Positions 54,496 to 64,000 of a stretch of 64,000 bases of DNA are shown here, in pieces; position 1 is the first letter of the stretch, and each line of letters opens with the position of its first letter. The stretch lies in the IMG/VR virus record IMGVR_UViG_3300032562_000003, positions 186,001 through 250,000 of that record; one strand, written 5' to 3'. The notes below the pieces were generated by a model. It was not told the DNA's origin. It saw only the letters and a list, made by a program, of their open reading frames with translations, and did no database searches. A program made the position numbers and the translations under genes.

Positions 54496-54730
54496 CATTA
54501 GGTTAGTATTACAGGCCATCTGGGACGGTGTAAAGTGGTTACCTATTACAATTGGTGTTGTTGCGTTGATATTTAGTGAAATATATGCGTTAAGACATTT
54601 TGGATATGTTGCGACCGCCATCATATTTGGACTGATAGTACTGATAACAGTCATTGTAGTTAGATATGTGCAACTATACGACGAAGACAAAATGGGTAAA
54701 GAAAAAATGATGGATGTGTTAAAGCGATGA
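54482..54730 (+). CDS. small membrane protein (2 TM)
   Basis: two hydrophobic segments. Confidence 0.6.
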   Translation: MKLINIRLVLQAIWDGVKWLPITIGVVALIFSEIYALRHFGYVATAIIFGLIVLITVIVVRYVQLYDEDKMGKEKMMDVLKR

Positions 54731-55224
54731 AATTAGAACTCTTAAAAGAAAACGATCCGCAACTATTAGAAGTTTCCGAATTATGGGATTTTGAAGTTGA
54801 CGGTGATCCGACCGATCTAGTAAAGGAAATGGTTCGTGTTCTAACTGAAAACGGGGGCGTCGGTCTTGCCGCTCCGCAGTGCGGAATTAAGAAGCGTATC
54901 TTTATCATGGGTAACTTTACTAAGATGGTTGTCTGCATCAATCCAAAGATTGTCGCGTTATCAGAGGAACGAGACTTTTCGCTTGAAGGCTGTCTAAGCT
55001 TTCCTAATCTTTACCTTAAGGTAAAGAGGCCCGCCGGCGCCATGGTTGAATATCAAACGACCACAGGAGAAACCAAACAAGAAGAAATTTCTGGGTTTAT
55101 GGCCCGTGTTTTCCTTCATGAGTATGATCATCTGATGGGAATAACATTTGATCAGCGTGTGGGTGATCTTAGTATGAAAATGGCTAAAGAAAAGAGAACC
55201 AAAGACGCAAAAAAAGGCCGCTAG
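54727..55224 (+). CDS. def: peptide deformylase
   Basis: GVGLAAPQ, EGCLS, HEYDHL. Confidence 0.96.
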   Translation: MKLELLKENDPQLLEVSELWDFEVDGDPTDLVKEMVRVLTENGGVGLAAPQCGIKKRIFIMGNFTKMVVCINPKIVALSEERDFSLEGCLSFPNLYLKVKRPAGAMVEYQTTTGETKQEEISGFMARVFLHEYDHLMGITFDQRVGDLSMKMAKEKRTKDAKKGR

Positions 55225-55601
55225 GGCAAACGCTTAACCAGTGTGATGCTCTTTCTTTTAGCCCGCTTTTTAGTAAATTCAGTAATGCTAACTACGGGTC
55301 CGTGAAGAACGATCAAACTCTTGTTATTGAATGTTCGAATGTATGGTCTAAAGATAGCCCATTCTTCTTTGAGAAATATGTTGATGGGGATCGATCTATT
55401 CGATTCCCACCACCATATATCACCTAATTCTAAAAACTTAGCTCGCAACTCAGACTGAACTATTGCACCATAGTCATAGAGCGTAGTGACCATATCATCC
55501 CTGTTTTGAATGATGCCCACATAATCTTGTTGCGCATAGGAACACACCGAAATAAACGGGTGATTTTCACTTAATTTCTTGAAAAATTCGTTGCTGCTCA
55601 T
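55221..55601 (-). CDS. conserved hypothetical protein
   Basis: 126 aa; TAAATA on minus strand just upstream (~55612-17). Confidence 0.75.
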   Translation of the reverse strand: MSSNEFFKKLSENHPFISVCSYAQQDYVGIIQNRDDMVTTLYDYGAIVQSELRAKFLELGDIWWWESNRSIPINIFLKEEWAIFRPYIRTFNNKSLIVLHGPVVSITEFTKKRAKRKSITLVKRLP

Positions 55602-55689
55602 ACTATACTATATTTACACTATTTTGCCCAAAGATAATATTTTCATATTTCTAAGACTAAATATATGATGATAGGGATAACAAGTAACC

Positions 55690-56469
55690 ATGGCTTATAG
55701 TACTCAAGTATTCGTGTATGTCCAACGCCAGATTGTTGTCCTACTAGTAGGTAACTCAGCGAGAATATACATGCCCCAGTACGCCAAACCACTAACGCTA
55801 CACAGAGGTGTGGACAATAAAATCCAATTTCAGTTTCTCAATCAGGAACAAAAGCCCGTCGACATTACAGGTAAATCAATCACCTGCAGAGTTATCAGCT
55901 ATGACGGTAATGCTGTATTAATTAACAAAGCCTTAGATTTGGATCTTCCTCTTACTGGAATTGCGTCTTTGAATTTAAATGCGGCTGACATCGAGGACAT
56001 TCCTGCGCAGAAATGTCACTATTCTCTAGAGATTCCTATCGGAGACTTCGGATATCCGGTCTTCGTGGATCAAAATGCAGGCGCAAGGGGCGATATGAAT
56101 ATTGTCAATTCTGTGCTTCCTGCATTTGTCCCTTCATCCAATGTTACTATTCCGTCTGGTCAAGCCTTTCCTAATCTAAACAATAATGCTGAATGGTCTG
56201 TTCCTGCGAATTCAAGAGCATACTATAGTAGTGTCATAAACACAGAAGACAATCCTATACTCACTATACAGGCTAGCTATGACCAATACAATGGTGATGT
56301 GACAATTGAAGGATCTACCCAACCTGACGCTGATTGGTATCCTATTCTTAACAATACATACGAGGATGTTACTGATACTTTTGGATACACTATAAAAGGT
56401 TTCCATCCGTTTGTTCGTATGGTATTTTCTAGCAACGCCGGCGCGGTCACCAATATTCTATCTCGCTAA
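55690..56469 (+). CDS. putative virion structural protein (BppU-like beta-sandwich)
   Basis: TAAATA upstream; NQEQKPVDITG motif. Confidence 0.5.
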   Translation: MAYSTQVFVYVQRQIVVLLVGNSARIYMPQYAKPLTLHRGVDNKIQFQFLNQEQKPVDITGKSITCRVISYDGNAVLINKALDLDLPLTGIASLNLNAADIEDIPAQKCHYSLEIPIGDFGYPVFVDQNAGARGDMNIVNSVLPAFVPSSNVTIPSGQAFPNLNNNAEWSVPANSRAYYSSVINTEDNPILTIQASYDQYNGDVTIEGSTQPDADWYPILNNTYEDVTDTFGYTIKGFHPFVRMVFSSNAGAVTNILSR

Positions 56470-56516
56470 GTTACCGTATTACTTGAGTTTTACTCAGTAA
56501 GTGTTACAATACCTTT

Positions 56517-57494
56517 ATGTTTAATATTCTGTCAGTAATTCCGGGAAAAAAGAAGACTACCGGTAGTGGCTGGATTAGCTTTAATGCACCGTGCTGTCAT
56601 CATCGCGGTCATAAAGCAGATAAACGTATGCGCGGCGGAATCAAGTTTATAACAGACGTTAACTGGTCGTTTCATTGCTTTAACTGCGATTACAAGTGCG
56701 GATTTACCTTAGGTAAACAAATTAGTAAGAATCTACGACAATTATTGCTTTGGTGCGGTGTCGGTGACAGTGAGATTACTAAATGGAATTTTGAGAGCCT
56801 TCAGCATCGAGATTTAGTAGACCTATATACGATAAAGAAAAATCTCAAGAAAGTAAGATTTAATGAGATACCGCTACCACAAAATGCTATAATGATTGAT
56901 TCTGCCTGTCCTGAGCATAAACCTTTTATAGACTATCTTTCCACAAGAGGATTTCAACCAAACGATTATCCATTTTTAATCACTCCTAAAGATGAAGGTA
57001 GAAATGCTAATAGAATTATCATTCCATATACTTTCAATAATAAAGTTGTCGGTCATATAAGCAGATATCTAGATGACAGATTTCCCAAATATATTAAGGA
57101 GCAACAACCCGGATTCGTATTTGGCTTCGACTTACAAAAACCAGAATGGGAAGTATGTATCGTTGTTGAGGGCATATTTGACGCACTCAGTATCAATGGC
57201 TGCGCACTAACTCATGATACTATAAGCGACGAACAAGCAGAGGTTCTTCGTCGCCTTAATAAACGTATTATTGTAGTTCCTGATTTGGATAAGACAGGGC
57301 TAGCTATATGTGACCGAGCGCTAGATTTGGGTTTTCAGGTGAGTATACCAAATTGGGCCGAAGGAATAAAAGACACCAATGATGCTGTTAGAAAGTATGG
57401 AAGACTTCCTACTCTGCTAAGTATATTGCAAAGCGCAACTACTAGCAAAATCAAGCTTAAGATGCAACGGAGAACGCTTGACAAAAGAATATAA
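56517..57494 (+). CDS. DNA primase (T4 gp61-like)
   Basis: Zn finger PCC...HCFNC, TOPRIM VEGIFD and PDLD, KDTNDA. Confidence 0.88.
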   Translation: MFNILSVIPGKKKTTGSGWISFNAPCCHHRGHKADKRMRGGIKFITDVNWSFHCFNCDYKCGFTLGKQISKNLRQLLLWCGVGDSEITKWNFESLQHRDLVDLYTIKKNLKKVRFNEIPLPQNAIMIDSACPEHKPFIDYLSTRGFQPNDYPFLITPKDEGRNANRIIIPYTFNNKVVGHISRYLDDRFPKYIKEQQPGFVFGFDLQKPEWEVCIVVEGIFDALSINGCALTHDTISDEQAEVLRRLNKRIIVVPDLDKTGLAICDRALDLGFQVSIPNWAEGIKDTNDAVRKYGRLPTLLSILQSATTSKIKLKMQRRTLDKRI

Positions 57495-58887
57495 CATAGA
57501 CGTACAGACGCTCTTTCTACGTATGATGGTAACCAACGCCGAGTTATATACTCGCGTCATAAACATCATGAATCCAAATAATTTTGATAGGACGCTGAGA
57601 GCATCCGCAGAATTCTTGGTAGAACACGCTACCAAATATAATGTTATGCCGGATCCTATTCAGATCAAGGCTACGACTGGTGTTAGCATAGAACCTATAC
57701 CAGAGCTTACTGATGGACACTATGATTGGTTTCTAGAAGAATTCGAATCATTCACTAAGAGACAAGAGCTTGAGCGAGCCATTCTTAAAGCAGCGGATAT
57801 GCTAGAGAAGGGCGACTTTAATCCAATTGAAAAATTAATAAAAGATGCTATTCAGATTTCATTGCAACGAGATATGGGTACAGACTACTTTGCTGATCCA
57901 AAAGAGCGACTAAACAAATACTTCAATGCAGGTGGTCAAGTAAGCACAGGTTGGCCACAGCTTGATCGTGTCATGTATGGTGGCATGAGTCGAGGAGAGT
58001 TGAACATCTTTGCAGGTGGTTCGGGCTCGGGTAAATCATTGGTGATGATGAATCTGGCTCTAAACTGGCTACAGCAAGGGTTAAGCGGAGTATACATAAC
58101 GCTAGAACTATCAGAAGAATTGACTTCGCTACGTACTGATGCCATGTTGACTAGCATGAGTACAAAAGATATTCGAAAGGATATGGATACTGCTGAGCTA
58201 AAAGTCAAGATGGTTGCTAGAAAGTCTGGTAAGTATCGTGTTAAGGGTCTTCCGGCACAGTCTAACGTAAATGATATTCGAAGCTATCTAAAAGAAGTTC
58301 AGATTCAGACTGGCATCAAAGTAGATTTTGTGATGATCGATTATCTCGATCTAGTCATGCCAGTCTCCGTAAAAGTAAATCCTAATGATCAGTTTATCAA
58401 GGACAAGTATGTTTCAGAAGAACTACGTAATCTAGCTAAGGAATTAGGTGTTCTGATGGTTACGGCATCGCAGTTGAATCGTTCGGCAGTTGAAGAAATT
58501 GAGTTCGATCACTCACACATTGCTGGTGGTATTTCAAAGATCAACACAGCAGACTATGTGTTTGGTATTTTCACTTCCAGGTCAATGCGTGAACGCGGAA
58601 AGTATCAAATTCAGTGTATGAAGTCTCGTAGTTCCACTGGAGTGGGTCAAAAGATCGACTTAGAATATAACATCGAAACCATGAGAATAACCGACGAAGA
58701 TCCAGAAAATGATTACAAACCACAACCGTCTGCTAATGACATTATCAGTAAAATAAAAACAACTAGCCAAGTTGGCTCAGTAGACGCAGCGGTACATGCA
58801 ACTGTAGAAGCAGCACCAAAGCACGTAGTTGCAGATGTCAAATCTGCACAATTAAAATCGTTGTTAAATTCTCTCAAGAAATCATAA
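57478..58887 (+). CDS. replicative DnaB-like helicase (T4 gp41-like)
   Basis: GGSGSGKS, LELSEE, MIDYLDL, TASQLNR, MKSRS; no intein; TTG start. Confidence 0.93.
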   Translation: MTKEYNIDVQTLFLRMMVTNAELYTRVINIMNPNNFDRTLRASAEFLVEHATKYNVMPDPIQIKATTGVSIEPIPELTDGHYDWFLEEFESFTKRQELERAILKAADMLEKGDFNPIEKLIKDAIQISLQRDMGTDYFADPKERLNKYFNAGGQVSTGWPQLDRVMYGGMSRGELNIFAGGSGSGKSLVMMNLALNWLQQGLSGVYITLELSEELTSLRTDAMLTSMSTKDIRKDMDTAELKVKMVARKSGKYRVKGLPAQSNVNDIRSYLKEVQIQTGIKVDFVMIDYLDLVMPVSVKVNPNDQFIKDKYVSEELRNLAKELGVLMVTASQLNRSAVEEIEFDHSHIAGGISKINTADYVFGIFTSRSMRERGKYQIQCMKSRSSTGVGQKIDLEYNIETMRITDEDPENDYKPQPSANDIISKIKTTSQVGSVDAAVHATVEAAPKHVVADVKSAQLKSLLNSLKKS

Positions 58888-58912
58888 ATACTGTCAGTAG
58901 GATCTTTACCCA

Positions 58913-59161
58913 ATGCAAAAGAAAACAAAAAGCCTTCTTGAGGAATTACAAGCATATGGTGAAAACCGTGATGTCAATCATATTATTGAGTCTCGGGCTT
59001 CCAATATTATTACCAGTGCTATCAATCTAATTGAATTGATGAATCGTAATTATTCTCCTGAAAAAGCAGAATTTCTTGAAAAGAAATTGCTTAGCGCTAT
59101 CAAAGGTAAAGATCAAGCAAGATTTTCGAAGTCCATAAGGAGGAATCATGAAGATAAATGA
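58913..59161 (+). CDS. hypothetical late protein
   Basis: TAAATA upstream. Confidence 0.7.
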   Translation: MQKKTKSLLEELQAYGENRDVNHIIESRASNIITSAINLIELMNRNYSPEKAEFLEKKLLSAIKGKDQARFSKSIRRNHEDK

Positions 59162-60485
59162 GTTTAATTCACCTAAGCAAGTAGATGAGGGTCTATTGAG
59201 CAACGTATTTGGAGATTACGGAGCATCTACTATTACGAATACACTCGGTAAGTACGCTGAGCCAATGATGAAACGGGCACAACAGAATTTAACCCAGAAA
59301 AACTTCATCAATAGCTTTCTTAAGAGTGCATCAACGGCTTTGGCTAATGTAGCTGCTCCTGCCACTAGGGTATCAGCAGCACCAGCTGCCCCGACAGGGT
59401 CTGCGGGTCCAACAGCAGCATCTTCTGCCCCGACAGGGTCTGCGGGTCCAACAGCAGCATCTTCTGCCCCGACTGCTGCAACTGCAACTACACAAAATAC
59501 AGCATCCACAGACCCTTATGAAAACCTTAAAGGACAAGTACGTAGTATTCAACCTACACCAAATGCAAAGCCTCTTCCGGCTAATATGGTTGCAAGCTTG
59601 CAAGGAGATATGCAAAAATTAGCTAAGGGTGATAAGGAAAGTGGCGCCTTTGCTGCTAATAAGATTTTAAAATTTGCAAATGCTGGATACGATGTCAGTA
59701 AGCTAGCACCAGCATGGACAGCAAGCAGCAAGGCAGGTGAAAGGTTCTTGACCCAGAGTGTATATCGCGCTATAAGTAAAATGCTTAAGGAACACGGACT
59801 GGTTTGGGCTAATCTAGGTCTTCGTATTAGGTTGACTGAAAGTGTTAAAGGATCTGGAGTCTTTATAAGCACTTGCAAGCCAGTTTCCGTCGTAGTCTCA
59901 CCGTATGATAGATTAAATTACGTACTTGAAAGTATCATATCAGAATATGATCCTACTTTGGCTAGAACTACCGGCAATGCACCAAAACCAACTGCGCCTA
60001 AAGCGGTTAATACTCCTAGATTCGGCACAAAGCCTGCGTCATCGGCCGCCGCACCAAAGACGGTAGCGCCACAGGCCGCCGCACCAAAGACGGTAGCGCC
60101 ACAGGCCGCCGCACCAAAGACGGCGCCACCACAACCCGCTGCCCCTAAAGGAAAACCTTCTCAGATATTGAATAGCTGGTTTTATAACTATATGCACGGA
60201 GTAAACATTAATGATAACCAACAAAAGCTAATCAGTGATTTACTTAGCCAAGTAGATGCTACGTATAGCAAAGACAAGGGCAATGAAGCACTCCAAAAAT
60301 TGGCATTATTAGCGTTCAAACTTACAGCCGCAGCTAAACCTGAATTAATAAAAAATACCCCATCTACATCAGGGTCACTCTCTACTTCTTCGGAACAAAT
60401 AAAGGCCTCGTTGGACTCACTAAAAAACAAAAACCCAGCTGAATATAAAAAAATTATAGCAGACATTAATCAAACAGCACAATGA
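59148..60485 (+). CDS. late protein with Ala/Pro-rich tandem repeats
   Basis: MKINEF start; two repeat tracts. Confidence 0.7.
   Translation: MKINEFNSPKQVDEGLLSNVFGDYGASTITNTLGKYAEPMMKRAQQNLTQKNFINSFLKSASTALANVAAPATRVSAAPAAPTGSAGPTAASSAPTGSAGPTAASSAPTAATATTQNTASTDPYENLKGQVRSIQPTPNAKPLPANMVASLQGDMQKLAKGDKESGAFAANKILKFANAGYDVSKLAPAWTASSKAGERFLTQSVYRAISKMLKEHGLVWANLGLRIRLTESVKGSGVFISTCKPVSVVVSPYDRLNYVLESIISEYDPTLARTTGNAPKPTAPKAVNTPRFGTKPASSAAAPKTVAPQAAAPKTVAPQAAAPKTAPPQPAAPKGKPSQILNSWFYNYMHGVNINDNQQKLISDLLSQVDATYSKDKGNEALQKLALLAFKLTAAAKPELIKNTPSTSGSLSTSSEQIKASLDSLKNKNPAEYKKIIADINQTAQ
59386..59473 (+). repeat. 39-nt tandem repeat x2.3 (APTGSAGPTAASS)
   Basis: perfect copies at 59386 and 59425, partial at 59464. 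Confidence 0.95.
60044..60123 (+). repeat. 30-nt tandem repeat x2.7 (AAAPKTVAPQ)
   Basis: perfect copies at 60044 and 60074, partial at 60104. Confidence 0.95.
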
Positions 60486-61627
60486 GTGACCTCAGGGCCT
60501 TAATAGATAAACTGGAATCCATCAACACCGTAGTTGTTGAAGGCAAAGGTCATTTGGATCATCCTGAAGATTTAGTTTTTTTAGGGGATGAGGAAGGTGC
60601 AAAACGCGCAATATCTGCAATAGAAGCAACTGTAAATCAACCAAACTCTATAACTATCAAATGGGACGGGTATCCTGCGCTTATATTCGGTCGAGGATCT
60701 GATGGAAAATTCTCCATCATGGATAAGCACATGTTTAATAAAAAGGACGGCACTGGTAGAGCAGTATACAGTCCTGAACAATTTATGGAATATGATCGGG
60801 CCAGAGGAGTAGACAGAGGAAATCTATACCATCTGATTGGTACTATTTGGTCTGGTTTGGAAAAAGATGATCGCGGTGGAAATGGTTACTACTGGGGTGA
60901 TCTTTTATTTAGCAGTCCACTTAAGGATGAAAATGGGGTATTCAAGTTTAGAGCCAATCCTAATGGAATTGCATATACAGTAGATGTAAACAGCGACGTT
61001 GGTAAACTACTAGCAGGAAAAGCCGCTGGTATTGCTGTCCACCAGTTTATACCGGCTCAGTCGGCGTCAACTGATGAGGCTGTTTCATTGAACGGATCAT
61101 TGGGTAATCTACAAAATGCTTCTAATGTAGCTATAGTACCTAGTAAGATGCCGATTACACCTAAATTAAAAATGCCAGCTAGACTCAAGAACGTAGCAGA
61201 AAGAGAACTACAGCAGTATGGACCATCAATCAAAGATTTGATGAATACTGCCCCTCAGGCTAGAAATACATTCAATCAACTTTTTACAGTTTACATCAAC
61301 AAGAAAATTGTGTCAGGTAGTCTTACTAATTTAATAAAAGACTTTTTAGAGTATGTAAAAGCTAGACCTATGTCCGACGCCATGAAGCAAAAAATTCTAG
61401 AACATCTAGAAGTAAACAAAGAAGGCCTAGTAGGTGCCTTCAAAGTTTGGATATCATTGTACAATCTTAAAATGAATGTAGTGAAACAATTAGACGCATC
61501 AGCTACACATAGTCCCGTAAAGGGATATTTGCAGGATGGATCACAGACACATGAGGGTTTCGTCGCACAAGGTCTTAAGTTTGTTGATCGTATGGGATTT
61601 TCTCGTCAAAATCTTCAAGGCCGATAA
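60482..61627 (+). CDS. DUF6267-like protein with ligase-like KWDG motif
   Basis: GHLDHPED, TIKWDGYPA, YYWGDLLF, HEGFV, KFVDR. Confidence 0.6.
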   Translation: MSDLRALIDKLESINTVVVEGKGHLDHPEDLVFLGDEEGAKRAISAIEATVNQPNSITIKWDGYPALIFGRGSDGKFSIMDKHMFNKKDGTGRAVYSPEQFMEYDRARGVDRGNLYHLIGTIWSGLEKDDRGGNGYYWGDLLFSSPLKDENGVFKFRANPNGIAYTVDVNSDVGKLLAGKAAGIAVHQFIPAQSASTDEAVSLNGSLGNLQNASNVAIVPSKMPITPKLKMPARLKNVAERELQQYGPSIKDLMNTAPQARNTFNQLFTVYINKKIVSGSLTNLIKDFLEYVKARPMSDAMKQKILEHLEVNKEGLVGAFKVWISLYNLKMNVVKQLDASATHSPVKGYLQDGSQTHEGFVAQGLKFVDRMGFSRQNLQGR

Positions 61628-61708
61628 CCCAAAACCGACTTTTTTGTTGCCAGGCATAAATATTAATATGGAACAGCAGGTTCCAAATATTAATAAGGAT
61701 CCATCAAG

Positions 61709-62092
61709 ATGGCACAATTTACAAAGACACATGGTGATTTTCAACCAGTACTACACATTGACTCACCAGCATATACAACTGGCGCTCTTAACGCTGTAAC
61801 TTCAGGCGTAGCTGTACAACCACAGGGCCCAAAGCTTGACTACTTCACTTCTACTGCTACTGGCCACTTGACTGGCGCCCAAGTTCTAACCATTGTTCAG
61901 ACTCTTGAGCAACTTGCAACAGTACACATCTATCAGTTCACAACTGGTGGCTCAAACGACACCTTCGCTGCTGCTCTTTACCCAGCATCAGCTTGGACTG
62001 CTTCTGCAATCGACACTGCTCTAACCGCAGCTGGCGTAACTGGTACAACTACTGCAACCGGCGCAACTTTCGTTGCTGGTTCAGACCTCTAA
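61709..62092 (+). CDS. putative virion protein
   Basis: TAAATA upstream, Thr/Ala-rich, AAGGA SD. Confidence 0.6.
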   Translation: MAQFTKTHGDFQPVLHIDSPAYTTGALNAVTSGVAVQPQGPKLDYFTSTATGHLTGAQVLTIVQTLEQLATVHIYQFTTGGSNDTFAAALYPASAWTASAIDTALTAAGVTGTTTATGATFVAGSDL

Positions 62093-62117
62093 TATAAAAA
62101 GTTATTATTAACTAACG

Positions 62118-62150
62118 AAGCCCGGAAATAATATTATTTCCGGGCTTTTT
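62118..62150 (+). terminator. perfect 30-bp palindrome / intrinsic terminator
   Basis: AAGCCCGGAAATAAT-ATTATTTCCGGGCTT + TTT. Confidence 0.85.
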
Positions 62151-62168
62151 GTTGCTCTAAATAACACT

Positions 62169-62609
62169 ATGCATAGAATTCGGTGCTATACGTTATTTGA
62201 CATCACCCAAACTGGAGTGATGAATCGTTCTAGACCGAATGTGGATGACATTGACGGTTGGCTACGTAAACGTAATACACAATGCAATTTCGATACAGTA
62301 CTTCAGATTATATCTTTAAGATCGCAGCCTGAGGTAACTAAATTACCTACTAAAATAGAAATGAGTGAATCTGAATTTGAAAAATTTGGGTTTGCATATG
62401 AGATGCAAGATAAATTTAGTTACTGCTGGAGTTTCGAGTTTGAGATTCAACACACTAGCGTATTTGAAAATGGAATTGTACCGTTGGGATCATTGTACAG
62501 CGATTGTGACGGAGTACCGATGATAGTTTGCGGAGAACAGAATGTTCCCACTTCATCCTTTTTAAATACTACAGTAGAGTTAAAAAATATCTATTTTGAG
62601 ATAATGTAA
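62169..62609 (+). CDS. hypothetical late protein
   Basis: TAAATA upstream. Confidence 0.7.
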   Translation: MHRIRCYTLFDITQTGVMNRSRPNVDDIDGWLRKRNTQCNFDTVLQIISLRSQPEVTKLPTKIEMSESEFEKFGFAYEMQDKFSYCWSFEFEIQHTSVFENGIVPLGSLYSDCDGVPMIVCGEQNVPTSSFLNTTVELKNIYFEIM

Positions 62610-62610
62610 T

Positions 62611-63099
62611 ATGAAAAATGTGGTAAAACTAGCTAAATTTTTTGACGAAGAATTGAATTCTAACCTCAGTGAAGTGTTAGTTACTAAATACCAATTTGGA
62701 GAATATGGTCTATTTGGTAAATATTTAGTTAAACTCACACCTGCAGGTTGGTATAAAGTAGTTGTATTAAAAAATAAAGACGCCCATGAGTTTACTACAC
62801 TAAGAAATGCTGTTACCTGGTGTACATTGCAGCATGCTGATTTGGGAAAACAAGCAAGAAGGTTACAACAACTAGATGCAAAACTTAGTAGCTTGCAAGT
62901 AGAGATTACTCTACATAAAAATATGAGCAGAACATCAACCAATGTTTACACTAAACAAATGTATAGAATGAAGTTACAGGAAGACACCTTTCAGAAAAAA
63001 CAAGTAGTCAATGAAGTCAATTCTTTCATAAATAGTTCTATGATGATTCAGGCTCGTAAGTTTGACAAGTCAAAAGAACGTAAATTTACATACCGATGA
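62611..63099 (+). CDS. hypothetical protein
   Basis: 162-aa ORF. Confidence 0.65.
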   Translation: MKNVVKLAKFFDEELNSNLSEVLVTKYQFGEYGLFGKYLVKLTPAGWYKVVVLKNKDAHEFTTLRNAVTWCTLQHADLGKQARRLQQLDAKLSSLQVEITLHKNMSRTSTNVYTKQMYRMKLQEDTFQKKQVVNEVNSFINSSMMIQARKFDKSKERKFTYR

Positions 63100-63130
63100 T
63101 AAATATTACAATCAACAGGAAGATTAACTT

Positions 63131-63838
63131 ATGAAACTTAACGATTTAGACAAGAATAACGTTGCTGAAAGAGCACTTAAGGAATCCTTTTCTATGAATT
63201 TTGACGTATCGAACTTAGACCGCGCAAAAACCCGTGCTATGTTAAAGAAGGTTACTGGTCTGATCAACGAATCAAGACGATCACCTAATTTTCATAAAGC
63301 ACAGAACAATCCAACTTATTTGAAGTTGAAGTTTATGGAGCAGGCTCTAACTCAGCATTTACCTTATGCTAAGTCTCCTCGCATCGTATTTGAAAATGAA
63401 GAAGTAGAGAAGTCACAGGTCATTCTTGCTGCACAAGATATGGTTGACACTGTACAAAAGTACTATGAAGATGTCAATGATATGCTTGTTAAGGAACTTC
63501 CGGCACTGGTCGATTCGATTCAATCAGAAATTGGTGTCAACGAAAGCACACAATTCAATCAGCAAGTGTCCGAAGCACTTACTACTCTCAATAGCACTCT
63601 ACAAGAAACAAAGGCTGCGCTTCAAGGTGCGCTAGGCACACTCACTGGTCAAGGCGGCGAAGATGCATTTGCAACCAACGAACCTGAGCTTGGAGCTGAC
63701 ATGGGTGCAGAGTTAGGAGCCGACTTAGGTGGCGAACTTGGTGACGAAGAAGATTTAGATATGGATCTCTCTGAACCAAAGTCTGATGAGGAAGAACTTC
63801 CACCTAGATTCAGCGGTGCAGGCCGCCCAAAGCGATAA
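63131..63838 (+). CDS. acidic coiled-coil late protein (scaffold/core-like)
   Basis: TAAATA upstream; ELGAD repeats; acidic tail. Confidence 0.5.
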   Translation: MKLNDLDKNNVAERALKESFSMNFDVSNLDRAKTRAMLKKVTGLINESRRSPNFHKAQNNPTYLKLKFMEQALTQHLPYAKSPRIVFENEEVEKSQVILAAQDMVDTVQKYYEDVNDMLVKELPALVDSIQSEIGVNESTQFNQQVSEALTTLNSTLQETKAALQGALGTLTGQGGEDAFATNEPELGADMGAELGADLGGELGDEEDLDMDLSEPKSDEEELPPRFSGAGRPKR

Positions 63839-63842
63839 TTTA

Positions 63843-64000
63843 ATGTTTCTTTTTGAATTCGATCAGGATAGCGCACAAGTCGCAAAAATTGTTGCGCTAA
63901 CCAATCAATTGAAAGATGATGTAGAAAACGGCGAAGTTGATAGTGACAATTTTACCGTTGATGAATTGCTGGATTACTTTCAACAATATGACGTTATTCT
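63843..64000 (+). CDS. hypothetical protein, truncated by window end
   Basis: ATG 63843 MFLFEFDQD..., open to 64000. Confidence 0.6.
   Translation, partial: MFLFEFDQDSAQVAKIVALTNQLKDDVENGEVDSDNFTVDELLDYFQQYDVI

Noticed and set aside
33151-58887. Inteins or introns in terminase, RecA, ThyA, primase or gp41 helicase
   Set aside because: All are uninterrupted and of normal length with contiguous motifs
59386-60123. CRISPR array
   Set aside because: Repeats are head-to-tail without spacers and are in-frame coding; no cas genes

Overview
64-kb segment of a large T4-superfamily (myovirus-like) dsDNA phage, almost all on the + strand. The host is probably a Gram-negative alphaproteobacterium, inferred from a permuted tmRNA with an ANEND...LALAA tag, a spanin pair and a secreted DUF6152-like gene. 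Left arm (1-16.6 kb): glycan biosynthesis/decoration cluster with GT-like, radical SAM, 3x GT-like and 3x SGNH-like paralogues, cupin, nucleotidyltransferase-kinase, AroE-like, KdsC-like, GatZ-like and carbamoyltransferase genes. Next come a two-piece tmRNA, a multi-domain head-type protein, MoxR/VWA, DHFR/ThyA, amino-sugar genes, spanins, large terminase, gp32/UvsX/UvsY, RNA ligase + kinase, UvsW, primase, helicase and late/virion genes. The top observation is a UvsW helicase fractured inside its DECH motif by a naturally split intein (97-aa IntN, 35-aa IntC). A free-standing PD-(D/E)XK endonuclease sits between the halves, and its late-promoter motif supplies the splitting stop codon. Other highlights: the phage-borne circularly permuted tmRNA with a 91-nt structured spacer; a conserved structured leader on two dispersed HNH genes; a 193-aa minimal DnaE-like protein coupled to a 3'-5' exonuclease; and several reading-frame breaks, one on an in-frame A_AAA_AAC slippery site. 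All family assignments come from motif recognition by eye; no searches were run.
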